Assembly: GCA_947254205.1 (NCBI GenBank)
Contig: CAMYCE010000001.1
Coordinates: forward strand, 35,274 to 99,273
Reading direction: 5' to 3'
DNA length: 64,000 bases
From: an uncultured Prevotellaceae bacterium
Lineage (GTDB): Bacteria > Bacteroidota > Bacteroidia > Bacteroidales > Muribaculaceae
Within the stretch, counting starts at the first letter, position 1, and each line of letters starts with the position of its first letter. Shown here piece by piece: positions 18,997 to 27,594 of this stretch. Position numbers and translations under genes: made by a program. The notes under the pieces were generated by a model. The model was not told the DNA's origin. It saw only the letters and a list, made by a program, of their open reading frames with translations, and did no database searches.

Positions 18997-21483
18997 TCAT
19001 TTTGCTGTAAGAATGATATTGTAAATGCCCGTCACATCGGTCACATTGAGTTTCCCGTCGTGATTGACATCGGCGTTGTCGATCAAGAATGGCGAGGGAT
19101 TGAGCCCCAAAATGTAGTTGGTGAGAGTGGTCACATCGCTCACGTCAACAGTGCCATTGCCGTCAACATCGCCGAGCACAGCTCCCGCTTGCGCTACAAG
19201 TGTAATTTTTTGCAAATCGCTCCACTTGCTGGCCGAAGTTTCGTTATACACAGCCTTCACACGATACACATAGCGGCCTCCTGCTATGAGATTCTTGAGC
19301 TCATAGGAATTGCCTGTGATGCCTGTGATAGTGCGCATGAGGGCATCGCCACTCTCTTGGGGGGCATTGGCCTTGCCATCGTAGTCACCTCCATAGATTT
19401 TCACTCCACGCAGGTGCACCTTTTTGCCGGGCTCCAACGATGAAATAGTGACTAAATTTCCTGCATCGGCATTGCCATTGAGCACAACCACATGCTCGGT
19501 TGAAGTCGAGCTCAACTCAACCTCCTGCTTGTCAGCCCCATCATTGATCGAAACCATCATTTTCACACCATCAGAGCCACCTTTGGCATCAACCACAACA
19601 GAGGTTTTGCCCTCATAGTCGCCCAAGTCAAAGCCCGGGCTGGTGATGCTGCCAATAGCATCGGCAACGCCCAGTGTCAAATAGCCATAATTGATGCGAA
19701 TTTCACCCTTTTTAATCCAAGTGGTGCCATCTCTCATGTCTTCATCGAGCAAGAGTTTGGCAGGAATCTTAGCTTTCTCGTTGCGCAAATTGAGCGTGTA
19801 GCTCGTGGCACCTTGCACAGGAGCCCAATTGGCAGTAAACGAGGTCTCGGTCACTTGGGTGGGGGCTTTCACTTGGGGAGCATCGAGCGACACTACGCCT
19901 TTTATAAACCACAAGCGTGCTGTGTCGCCATCGAGAATGATGTTGGTGATAGGTTTTCCCAACTTGCCGGCGTGCCCTGTGGGATCGCCCGATGCAGTGA
20001 GATAGAGTTGTGCACAGGGGGCTGTGTCGTCGGTGAAGTCGTGCTGTCGGCGTCCAAACAGGTCTCCACTCTCGGAGCCACGCCTCAGGCTATTGTCGGC
20101 AGCTGCAACTGTCATGAGTTGCACGCGCGAGTTGTTGACTTTGTTTTCTTCCCAGCATGAGGGCACATAGGAAACGTGAGAAATGAGCACTCCCTCGTCT
20201 TGAATAAACTGGTCCCAACCTTGCCGGCGGCGATATTCGAGCAAGTAATACTCGTTGGGGTTTATATCGCTCACTACCTTGAGGGCTGTTTCGGTTTTAT
20301 CTTTGCTTTGATTTAACACGGGCAAGGCATATTGGGTGTTGGGTTTGGGTTCTACAAGGTCGAGCCAACCCACAAAGTTTTTTTCATAGGCACTATAGCC
20401 AATGGGAGTGTAGCCATTGTTGTTGTAGCAACCTCCATCCATCAAGCTCCATTCGCCCATGCCATAGTAGCCATGGGAGTAGGTTGTTTCATAAAAGTCG
20501 GGCAAGCCAAGACAGTGGGAAAACTCATGGCAAAATGTGCCAATGCCGTCGAGATTTTTTCCTCCATCATAGCTCCCGGTCACCTCATTAAACACGGCAA
20601 AACGGTCGATGCGAGTGTTGTTGCGCGTGCGCGGGCCTTCCCCGTCATTAAAATAGGCTCCTTCAAACAACGTCCACTGGCAGGGCCACACCGCTTGAGG
20701 CACGGTATTGCTGGCTTGAGCCTCGCCAACACCGGCATAAACCACAATACACACATCGGCTTCGCCATCGCCATCGTTGTCATATTTTGTCCAGTCGATG
20801 TTATCGCCAGCCTTGTCGATAGCATCGCCCACCATGCGAGCCACGCCCACATCGTTGCCTCTCGCATCATTGCCACCATAGGTGTCACGGGTGTTGTCGA
20901 GTGTGTAGATGCCATACACATCAAATTGGGGGTTATAGAGCCCATTGGACTGGTCTTTGAAATATTGAGTCACACTCTTGTTGCCCGAGGTGTAGTGCTT
21001 CACAAAGTCGGCTTTGGAGTTTGACATCTTTTTGTCGGTATATTCTACGAGAATAATGGGCACACGTGGAGAGCCGGTGGTGGGCACTTGTGTGTGTCCC
21101 ACTCGCTTGCGACTCATGGGCATCGAAGCACGCTTGCTGGCTGAGAAGATGTGCTGAAGGCTCATTTTGTCGCCTTGCGATTTAATAAATTCAAGCTCAC
21201 TTGCTCCCCGCTCGGCTTTTTCGTGAGCAAGCACACTCGTCATGCCTGTTGTTGTGCGATAATAGAAATCGCCATTGGTCGCACGCATCAAGGGAATGCC
21301 GTCGCGAGTCACAAAACTATGATGAAATTCATCGCCACGCATTTCGACCGAAATTGTCGAGCCATCGCTTTGCTTAAATGTTGTGAAACCCGGTTTTGCC
21401 GGCACTGCATGGGCCATGCCCGATGCCAATAAAAGGACACCAAGAGCCAAGTAAAATTTTTTCATGAGTTTTAATTTTTCCAT
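18997..21483 (-). CDS. Secreted M6-family (InhA-like) zinc metalloprotease with an FN3-like domain and a C-terminal type-I dockerin double repeat
   Basis: 828 aa with a signal peptide. HExxH zinc site in HEFSHCLGLPDFYE. C-terminus: GDVDGNGTVDVSDVTTLTNYILG ... ADVNHDGKLNVTDVTGIYNIIL, two canonical dockerin Ca-binding repeats. Confidence 0.8.
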   Translation of the reverse strand: MEKLKLMKKFYLALGVLLLASGMAHAVPAKPGFTTFKQSDGSTISVEMRGDEFHHSFVTRDGIPLMRATNGDFYYRTTTGMTSVLAHEKAERGASELEFIKSQGDKMSLQHIFSASKRASMPMSRKRVGHTQVPTTGSPRVPIILVEYTDKKMSNSKADFVKHYTSGNKSVTQYFKDQSNGLYNPQFDVYGIYTLDNTRDTYGGNDARGNDVGVARMVGDAIDKAGDNIDWTKYDNDGDGEADVCIVVYAGVGEAQASNTVPQAVWPCQWTLFEGAYFNDGEGPRTRNNTRIDRFAVFNEVTGSYDGGKNLDGIGTFCHEFSHCLGLPDFYETTYSHGYYGMGEWSLMDGGCYNNNGYTPIGYSAYEKNFVGWLDLVEPKPNTQYALPVLNQSKDKTETALKVVSDINPNEYYLLEYRRRQGWDQFIQDEGVLISHVSYVPSCWEENKVNNSRVQLMTVAAADNSLRRGSESGDLFGRRQHDFTDDTAPCAQLYLTASGDPTGHAGKLGKPITNIILDGDTARLWFIKGVVSLDAPQVKAPTQVTETSFTANWAPVQGATSYTLNLRNEKAKIPAKLLLDEDMRDGTTWIKKGEIRINYGYLTLGVADAIGSITSPGFDLGDYEGKTSVVVDAKGGSDGVKMMVSINDGADKQEVELSSTSTEHVVVLNGNADAGNLVTISSLEPGKKVHLRGVKIYGGDYDGKANAPQESGDALMRTITGITGNSYELKNLIAGGRYVYRVKAVYNETSASKWSDLQKITLVAQAGAVLGDVDGNGTVDVSDVTTLTNYILGLNPSPFLIDNADVNHDGKLNVTDVTGIYNIILTAK

Positions 21484-21537
21484 TTTTTATTAAGGAGTGC
21501 TCACAAAGATAGTGCAATAAATCATGAATATCAAAGA

Positions 21538-21576
21538 AATTGGTGGCTATTTTTGTCAAACAAATAGCCACCAATT
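21538..21576 (-). terminator. 15-bp perfect hairpin (AATTGGTGGCTATTT-N9-AAATAGCCACCAATT), 22 nt downstream of the S8 protease stop
   Basis: Seen in the sequence. It separates the two protease genes into distinct transcription units. Confidence 0.45.
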
Positions 21577-21597
21577 TAAATTATAAAGAAATTATCA

Positions 21598-23958
21598 TTA
21601 TTTTTTCTTAGATTTTAACACAATATTAATAATGCCCGTCACATCGGTCACATTCAACTGGTCGTCGAGAACCACATTGGCATTTTCCTCACTGAAAGGC
21701 GAGGGTTTGAGACCTAAAATGTGATTGATGAGTGTTGTGGCATCGTTCACATCTACAGTGCCATCGTTGTTGGAGTCGCCACGGCTCGACACACTTTGTT
21801 GAGGCACACCTCCCAAAGCATTGATTTTTCCACCGCCAAAGCGCACGCCTTTCTCGCCTTTGGTGAAGTCGTCGTGAATGGCAGTTTTTTCCATAATTTC
21901 ACGCACATCATTGGGAGTGAGCGACTTGTTGTTTTGTAACCATAGTGCCACAATACCTGCCACACAAGGCGTAGCCATCGAGGTGCCACTCATCGATCCA
22001 AAGTAGCTTCGGGCGTTGGTTTTGGTGATATAGCGATATTCACCCGGATCTTTATACCACGAGGTGGGAAAGTTGTCGGTGTCGTAGTGGTTGATGCCTG
22101 CAACCACAGTTTGCCCGGGAGCAGCAATAGTGGGAATCGTGTGAGGAGATTGGGGACCATAGCCTTGCTCCACAAAGCTTGAAAAGTCGGAAATCTGCCC
22201 CACAGGCAATGGGGTGGTTTTGTAGTTGTGGGTGTTTTTGCCATTGAGCACATTGCGCGACACATAGGAGCCCACCGTAATCACATTTTGAGCATAGCAC
22301 TCACTGCTGGCCGAGCACTTGTTGCTGCCCTTGCAAGTTTCATAGTTGCCTATGGTTTTGTCGCCTTCAAAAATGCCTGTATAGGTGCCTTCCCACATGT
22401 CGATGTCGGTTGTTGCTGTGGAATCGGCAGGATAAACCATATAGGCCAACTTATAGGTGCCTCCCGACTTCGACTGCAAGTTGCTCACAAAGAAAATCGT
22501 GTTATCTTTCTTGTTTTGCTCGTCTTTGCTTATTACCACAGCCACAAATCCATCATCACCCAACAAAGAGTTGTAGGTGTAGTAGTTACCAAGAATACTG
22601 TCATCGACACCTTTGGTGTTGGAATCAATTGCATACATACCGTTTTTGTCCATGTCGGTTTTCTTGATTTCTTTAGATTCCCACATGATTTCGCCATTAA
22701 AGGAATTTACAACCATCACCTTGGCTGCAAGAGGAACCTCGGGCTTGCGAGCCCATGCGCTTGCTTTCCCTACCATGTAATAGGCTCCCGACTTTTCTCC
22801 CGCATACAATTCATGGGCATAGATAGTGGCAAGTGGTGCTTTGCGAGAAGCATCTTTCTTGTAGACATACATGTCGCCTCCTGCCTGATTGGCAGTAGCA
22901 AGCACAATGATTTTGCCCTTGCCGGTGGCTTGATCATAGGCACGGCTAATGAAGTCGGTGCCATCGTGAGGACCCAGCATGCCACCCAGACTGAGGCTGA
23001 TGACACAAGGCTTGCCCACCGAGTCGGCATAGGCCGAAATCATGTTCACCGAATTGGCTATGAAGTTGTCTTGCAGGCTTGCCAAGCCACACAAGTAAAC
23101 ATCGCAGTTGGGGGCTATGCCACAAAAATCACCATAATCGGTGTGTATTTTTTTGCCAGCAGCTGTGGTGCTGGTGTGGGTGCCATGCGACTCATCACTG
23201 CGATCGGGCATGCGCTTGGGAATAGAAAGCGAGTCTTTATAGAAGAGTTGCTTGTATTGCTTGCCATAGGATTTTTTCACTTGAAACAACCGCTTGATGC
23301 GGCTGTGGCCGGCAGTGTCGGTGAAAGCCTCGTGCTGGGGGTCGATGCCGGTGTCGACAATGCCCACAATCACTCCACTGCCATCATAGTTTTTGGGCAA
23401 ATTGTGGTTGAGGCCGTCGAGCACCTCATTCACGTGAGTGTGGCTGCGTGCACTGTCGGTGAAGGCTTGCATCACTTGTGCCACTTGAATGCGGTTGACA
23501 ACTGCCAGTGCCGCCACATCGTGAATTTTATCGACAGGAATGCCGGCTGTAACAAACCCTTTGAACACACGCTGAATGCGCACACCCAGAGCCTCAAGCT
23601 CTTGCACCGAGGTGCCATCGAGCCCAATGAAGGCATCAATCATCTCCACACCGCCAATTTTGCGGGGCTGGGCAATGGCATAAGGCGCATAGGCCTTGCC
23701 GTTGCGCAATTTAAGTTGTTGCCGAAGTTTACGACCTTGAAATAATTTCGACAGGTCAATTGCCTCATTGCTTTTCAGGTTACCATTTCTCATACTCAAG
23801 AAAAGCCGAGTTGAGGGAGCCAATTTGTCTTGACCCATGGCAACAAAACACATCATGAGGCACAGAAAGACAGATAAAGAGAGTTTCTTCATGAGTTGTT
23901 TAATGTTTTTTGTTAAAGGATTTATTACAAAGGTAAGGCAATAAATTATAAACATCAA
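21598..23958 (-). CDS. Secreted S8-family subtilisin-like serine protease with a C-terminal type-I dockerin double repeat
   Basis: 786 aa. Catalytic triad motifs VGIVDTGID (Asp), HGTHTSTTAAG (His) and GTSMATPCVAG (Ser). C-terminus: GDSNNDGTVDVNDATTLINHILG ... DDQLNVTDVTGIINIVL (dockerin). The likely true start is the internal MKKLSLSVFLCLMMCFVAMGQ signal peptide. Confidence 0.85.
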   Translation of the reverse strand: MMFIIYCLTFVINPLTKNIKQLMKKLSLSVFLCLMMCFVAMGQDKLAPSTRLFLSMRNGNLKSNEAIDLSKLFQGRKLRQQLKLRNGKAYAPYAIAQPRKIGGVEMIDAFIGLDGTSVQELEALGVRIQRVFKGFVTAGIPVDKIHDVAALAVVNRIQVAQVMQAFTDSARSHTHVNEVLDGLNHNLPKNYDGSGVIVGIVDTGIDPQHEAFTDTAGHSRIKRLFQVKKSYGKQYKQLFYKDSLSIPKRMPDRSDESHGTHTSTTAAGKKIHTDYGDFCGIAPNCDVYLCGLASLQDNFIANSVNMISAYADSVGKPCVISLSLGGMLGPHDGTDFISRAYDQATGKGKIIVLATANQAGGDMYVYKKDASRKAPLATIYAHELYAGEKSGAYYMVGKASAWARKPEVPLAAKVMVVNSFNGEIMWESKEIKKTDMDKNGMYAIDSNTKGVDDSILGNYYTYNSLLGDDGFVAVVISKDEQNKKDNTIFFVSNLQSKSGGTYKLAYMVYPADSTATTDIDMWEGTYTGIFEGDKTIGNYETCKGSNKCSASSECYAQNVITVGSYVSRNVLNGKNTHNYKTTPLPVGQISDFSSFVEQGYGPQSPHTIPTIAAPGQTVVAGINHYDTDNFPTSWYKDPGEYRYITKTNARSYFGSMSGTSMATPCVAGIVALWLQNNKSLTPNDVREIMEKTAIHDDFTKGEKGVRFGGGKINALGGVPQQSVSSRGDSNNDGTVDVNDATTLINHILGLKPSPFSEENANVVLDDQLNVTDVTGIINIVLKSKKK

Positions 23959-24037
23959 AAAAAAAATAGGCTATAATTTTTCTAAAAATCAACACTGCCA
24001 TAAATGGCAAGCTATCTATTCACATCATCAAGAACTG

Positions 24038-25135
24038 TCAAAGTTCTTGATTCACACCTTGGTTATGGCTCATGGCCATGCTATGGGCACGCGACATGAA
24101 TTGCATGAAGGCCTTTTTGGAATCGGGGCGCACCTGCCGGGGCATGTTTTCGGGTATTAAACGAAAGTTATCGCCATGACGCTGAGGGTGCTGGCAAAAG
24201 AATAGCTTGTAGCGAGGGTTGCACACCGTCACAGCGCCATCTTTCTTTTGCAGCGAAACTTTCACCATGGCTCCACCGCGCGTGTCGGTTGCTTTTTGTC
24301 CCGAAATAAAGTTGCCCAAGCTATACACTACCAGCACATCTTTGTTGTGCTTGTCGCTGTGCACAACCTTGAAAGGCTCCACCACATGGGGGTGACCACC
24401 AATAATGAGATCGACTCCTCGATCTACAAGATATTGAGCCAAAACTTGTTGCTCATCGTTGGGCAAGAACTTGTATTCGATGCCCCAGTGCATGGCCACA
24501 CACAGGGCTTGAGCGCCACGCGAGCGCGCCAAGTTGATGTCGGCATCAATCTGCTTGAGGTTGATGTAGTCGACCACCACATCTTTTTGCACCACAATGC
24601 CATTGGTGCCATAGGTGTAGTTGAGAAAAGCCACCTTAATGCCTTTGATGTTGGCTATAAATGGCACTTCACTTGCTCTTGCAGTGGCATTCACATAGGT
24701 GCCCACATGTGGCACTCTCATGGCATCGAGGGTGGCAATGGTGCGTTTCACTCCCTTGTCGCGCCTGTCGAGACTGTGATTATTGGCAGTGAGAAAAAGG
24801 TCAAATCCCGTTGATTTCAATTGCCGTGCAAAGGCATCGGGAGCACTAAAACAGGGGTAGCCCGTGTAGGGGCTACCTCCGAGTGGACATTCAAGATTCA
24901 CAACGGCATAGTCGGCTTGCTCAATATCGGGCTGAAGCAACGAGAAACACTGGCTGTAGTCATAGGTTTTTCCCCCTCCGGCAGCCAAGGCGGCCTTGCT
25001 TTGGGTGGAGTGTTGCATGGCATCGCCCACAAAGGCAAGATCGATGCAAGTGCTATCGCAAAAACTTTGTTGCAGGAATTGCGACTGAAATTGCAACAGC
25101 GAGAAAAGCAGAAAAAACGGCAGATTACTGAGCAT
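24038..25135 (-). CDS. CapA/PgsA-family metallophosphoesterase (poly-gamma-glutamate capsule synthesis-like)
   Basis: 365 aa. Calcineurin-like motifs (LAFVGDAMQH, ...LTANNHSLD..., GGHPHV) and an N-terminal signal. Confidence 0.75.
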   Translation of the reverse strand: MLSNLPFFLLFSLLQFQSQFLQQSFCDSTCIDLAFVGDAMQHSTQSKAALAAGGGKTYDYSQCFSLLQPDIEQADYAVVNLECPLGGSPYTGYPCFSAPDAFARQLKSTGFDLFLTANNHSLDRRDKGVKRTIATLDAMRVPHVGTYVNATARASEVPFIANIKGIKVAFLNYTYGTNGIVVQKDVVVDYINLKQIDADINLARSRGAQALCVAMHWGIEYKFLPNDEQQVLAQYLVDRGVDLIIGGHPHVVEPFKVVHSDKHNKDVLVVYSLGNFISGQKATDTRGGAMVKVSLQKKDGAVTVCNPRYKLFFCQHPQRHGDNFRLIPENMPRQVRPDSKKAFMQFMSRAHSMAMSHNQGVNQEL

Positions 25136-25159
25136 GTCGTTGTGAATGTAAGTTTCTTT

Positions 25160-26041
25160 TTAGCAATAAATACTCTTTTGAGCAGCCTTGAGCGTGTTGT
25201 TCATGAGCATGCAGATGGTCATGGGTCCCACGCCGCCGGGCACCGGTGTGATGTAGGAGCAATGAGGAGCAACGTGCTCAAAGTCAACATCACCAAAGAG
25301 TTTGTAGCCGCTCTTGGTGTTGGGCGAAGGCAGGCGTGTGGTGCCCACGTCGATCACAACAGCTCCCTCTTTCACCATGTCTTCTTTCACAAATTGAGGC
25401 GAGCCAAGGGCTGCAATCAAGATGTCGGCACTGCGAGCAATCTCCTTGATGTTGGGTGTTGCACTGTGGCAAATGGTGACGGTGCAGTTGCCAGGGTTGG
25501 CCTTTTGCACGAGCATGGTGGCCACAGGCTTACCCACGATGTTGCTGCGTCCCAGCACCACGCAATGCTTGCCACGAGTTTCAATGCCATAGCGCTCGAG
25601 CAGGGTCAAGATGCCTTGTGGAGTTGCAGGCTTGAAACAGGGCAATCCAATGGTGAGTCGGCCCACATTGATGGGGTGAAAAGCGTCGACATCTTTGCGA
25701 TAGTCGATAGCTTCAATCACTTTTTGCTGGTCGATGTGCTTGGGCAAGGGCAATTGCACGATAAAGCCATCAACGTCGTCGTCGTGGTTGAGCTTGTCGA
25801 TAGTGGCAAGCAACTCGGCCTCGGTGACATCGGTTTCAAACCTAATGAGCGACGACTTGAAGCCACACTCGGCACAGGCTTTCACCTTGTTGCCCATGTA
25901 GGCTTCGCTACCGCCATCATGCCCAACAAGAATGCCAGCCAAGTGAGGCTGTTTCTTGCCTTGAGCAACCATGGCTTGAACTTGTGCTGCAATCTCTTGC
26001 TTGATTTGAGCAGCCATTTTTTTTCCATCAATTATTTCCAT
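25160..26041 (-). CDS. folD: Bifunctional 5,10-methylene-THF dehydrogenase/cyclohydrolase
   Basis: 293 aa. ...[10 protein letters not shown]..., [19 protein letters not shown]. Confidence 0.92.
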   Translation of the reverse strand: MEIIDGKKMAAQIKQEIAAQVQAMVAQGKKQPHLAGILVGHDGGSEAYMGNKVKACAECGFKSSLIRFETDVTEAELLATIDKLNHDDDVDGFIVQLPLPKHIDQQKVIEAIDYRKDVDAFHPINVGRLTIGLPCFKPATPQGILTLLERYGIETRGKHCVVLGRSNIVGKPVATMLVQKANPGNCTVTICHSATPNIKEIARSADILIAALGSPQFVKEDMVKEGAVVIDVGTTRLPSPNTKSGYKLFGDVDFEHVAPHCSYITPVPGGVGPMTICMLMNNTLKAAQKSIYC

Positions 26042-26177
26042 AGCTACAGGGTTATATATTTTATTTAAGTTATATTTTTTGATTAAAAATTGCTATTAGT
26101 TACCTCTTCAAGTGAGAAAGGCAGGTTGGGTAGCTATGCCTCCCTGCGACCTGCCTTCGCTTAGATTTTGTTGCTAT

Positions 26178-27509
26178 TTAACGACGACGCATGCCTCTCA
26201 TCATCTTCATCGGATTTTTTGTTGTCACAGCATGCATCATTTTGCGAGTTTGCTCAAATTGCTTGAGCAGGCGGTTCACCTCTTCGAGCTTGGTGCCACT
26301 ACCATCGGCTATGCGCTTGCGGCGACTGCCATTCATCACCTCGGGGTGAGAACGTTCATAGGGGGTCATTGAGTCGATAATGGCCTCTATGTTCTTGAAG
26401 GCATCGTCTTTTATATCAATATCTTTGATGGCTTTGCCCACACCCGGAATCATCGAAGCCAAGTCTTTGAGGTTACCCATCTTCTTGATTTGCTTGATTT
26501 GGGCTTTGAAGTCGTTGAAGTCAAATTGATTTTTGGCAATCTTCTTTTGCAACTTCATGGCCTCTTCCTCGTCATATTGCTGCTGCATGCGATCGACAAA
26601 CGACACAATATCGCCCATGCCCAAGATGCGGTCGGCCATGCCGGCGGGGCGGAAAGGGTCGATTGCGCTCTTCTCGATGCGCTCGCCCGTACCCACAAAC
26701 TTGATGGGCTTGTTGACCACGGCGCGTATTGAGAGTGCAGCACCACCACGGGTGTCGCCATCGAGCTTGGTGAGCACCACGCCATCAAAGTCGAGACGCT
26801 CGTTAAACTCCTTGGCTGTGTTCACGGCATCTTGACCCGTCATCGAGTCGACCACAAAGAGGGTCTCGGTGGGATTGATAGCATCTTTAATGGCTTTGAT
26901 TTCGGTCATCATCGCCTCGTCAACTGCCAGTCGACCGGCAGTGTCGACAATCACAAGGTCATGCCCTTTGGCCTTGGCCTCGGCAATAGCATGCCGGGCA
27001 ATGCTCACGGGGTCTTTGCTATCGGGCTCGCTATACACAGGCACATGCACCTGCTCGCCAATCACCTTGAGCTGGTCGATAGCTGCAGGACGATAAACGT
27101 CGCAGGCAACCAGCATGGGGTTTTTGTTTTTTTCTTCTTTGAGTTTGAGAGCCAGTTTACCGGTAAAGGTGGTTTTACCCGAACCTTGCAGACCCGACAT
27201 GAGAATAATGGCAGGACTGCCCTCGACATTGAAAGGAGCCTGCTCTCCACCCATGAGCTTGGTGAGCTCATCGTGCACGATTTTCACCATGAGTTCGCTG
27301 GGTTTCACAGCATTGATCACGTTTTGTCCAAGTGCCTCTTCCTTCACCTTGTTGGTAAATTCCTTGGCAACCTTAAAGCTCACGTCGGCATCGAGCAATG
27401 CACGGCGCACCTCTTTCATTGTTTCGGCAACATTAATTTCGGTAATCTTGCCTTGTCCTTTCAGAACCTTGATTGACCTTTCAAGTTTCTCCGATAAATT
27501 TTCAAACAT
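26178..27509 (-). CDS. ffh: Signal recognition particle protein Ffh
   Basis: 443 aa. N domain, GTPase G domain (GLQGSGKTTFTGKLA, DTAGR) and the Met-rich M domain (MKMMRGMRRR). Confidence 0.95.
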   Translation of the reverse strand: MFENLSEKLERSIKVLKGQGKITEINVAETMKEVRRALLDADVSFKVAKEFTNKVKEEALGQNVINAVKPSELMVKIVHDELTKLMGGEQAPFNVEGSPAIILMSGLQGSGKTTFTGKLALKLKEEKNKNPMLVACDVYRPAAIDQLKVIGEQVHVPVYSEPDSKDPVSIARHAIAEAKAKGHDLVIVDTAGRLAVDEAMMTEIKAIKDAINPTETLFVVDSMTGQDAVNTAKEFNERLDFDGVVLTKLDGDTRGGAALSIRAVVNKPIKFVGTGERIEKSAIDPFRPAGMADRILGMGDIVSFVDRMQQQYDEEEAMKLQKKIAKNQFDFNDFKAQIKQIKKMGNLKDLASMIPGVGKAIKDIDIKDDAFKNIEAIIDSMTPYERSHPEVMNGSRRKRIADGSGTKLEEVNRLLKQFEQTRKMMHAVTTKNPMKMMRGMRRR

Positions 27510-27594
27510 GTATCTTATTGTGTATTATATTTCACCTTAATAATCTGAATGCAAAATTACAATCAATTTGCCATATTGACAAAAAAAAGTAACG

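Noticed and set aside
22228-23745. 505-aa plus-strand ORF
   Set aside because: Antisense to the S8 protease gene. Low-complexity, His- and Val-rich translation with no domain.
24821-26068. 415-aa plus-strand ORF
   Set aside because: Antisense to the capA-like gene and folD. No domain.
26100-26177. Possible SRP RNA (ffs) next to ffh
   Set aside because: Only a single hairpin with weak similarity to SRP-RNA helix 8 and too short. ffs is usually unlinked to ffh.
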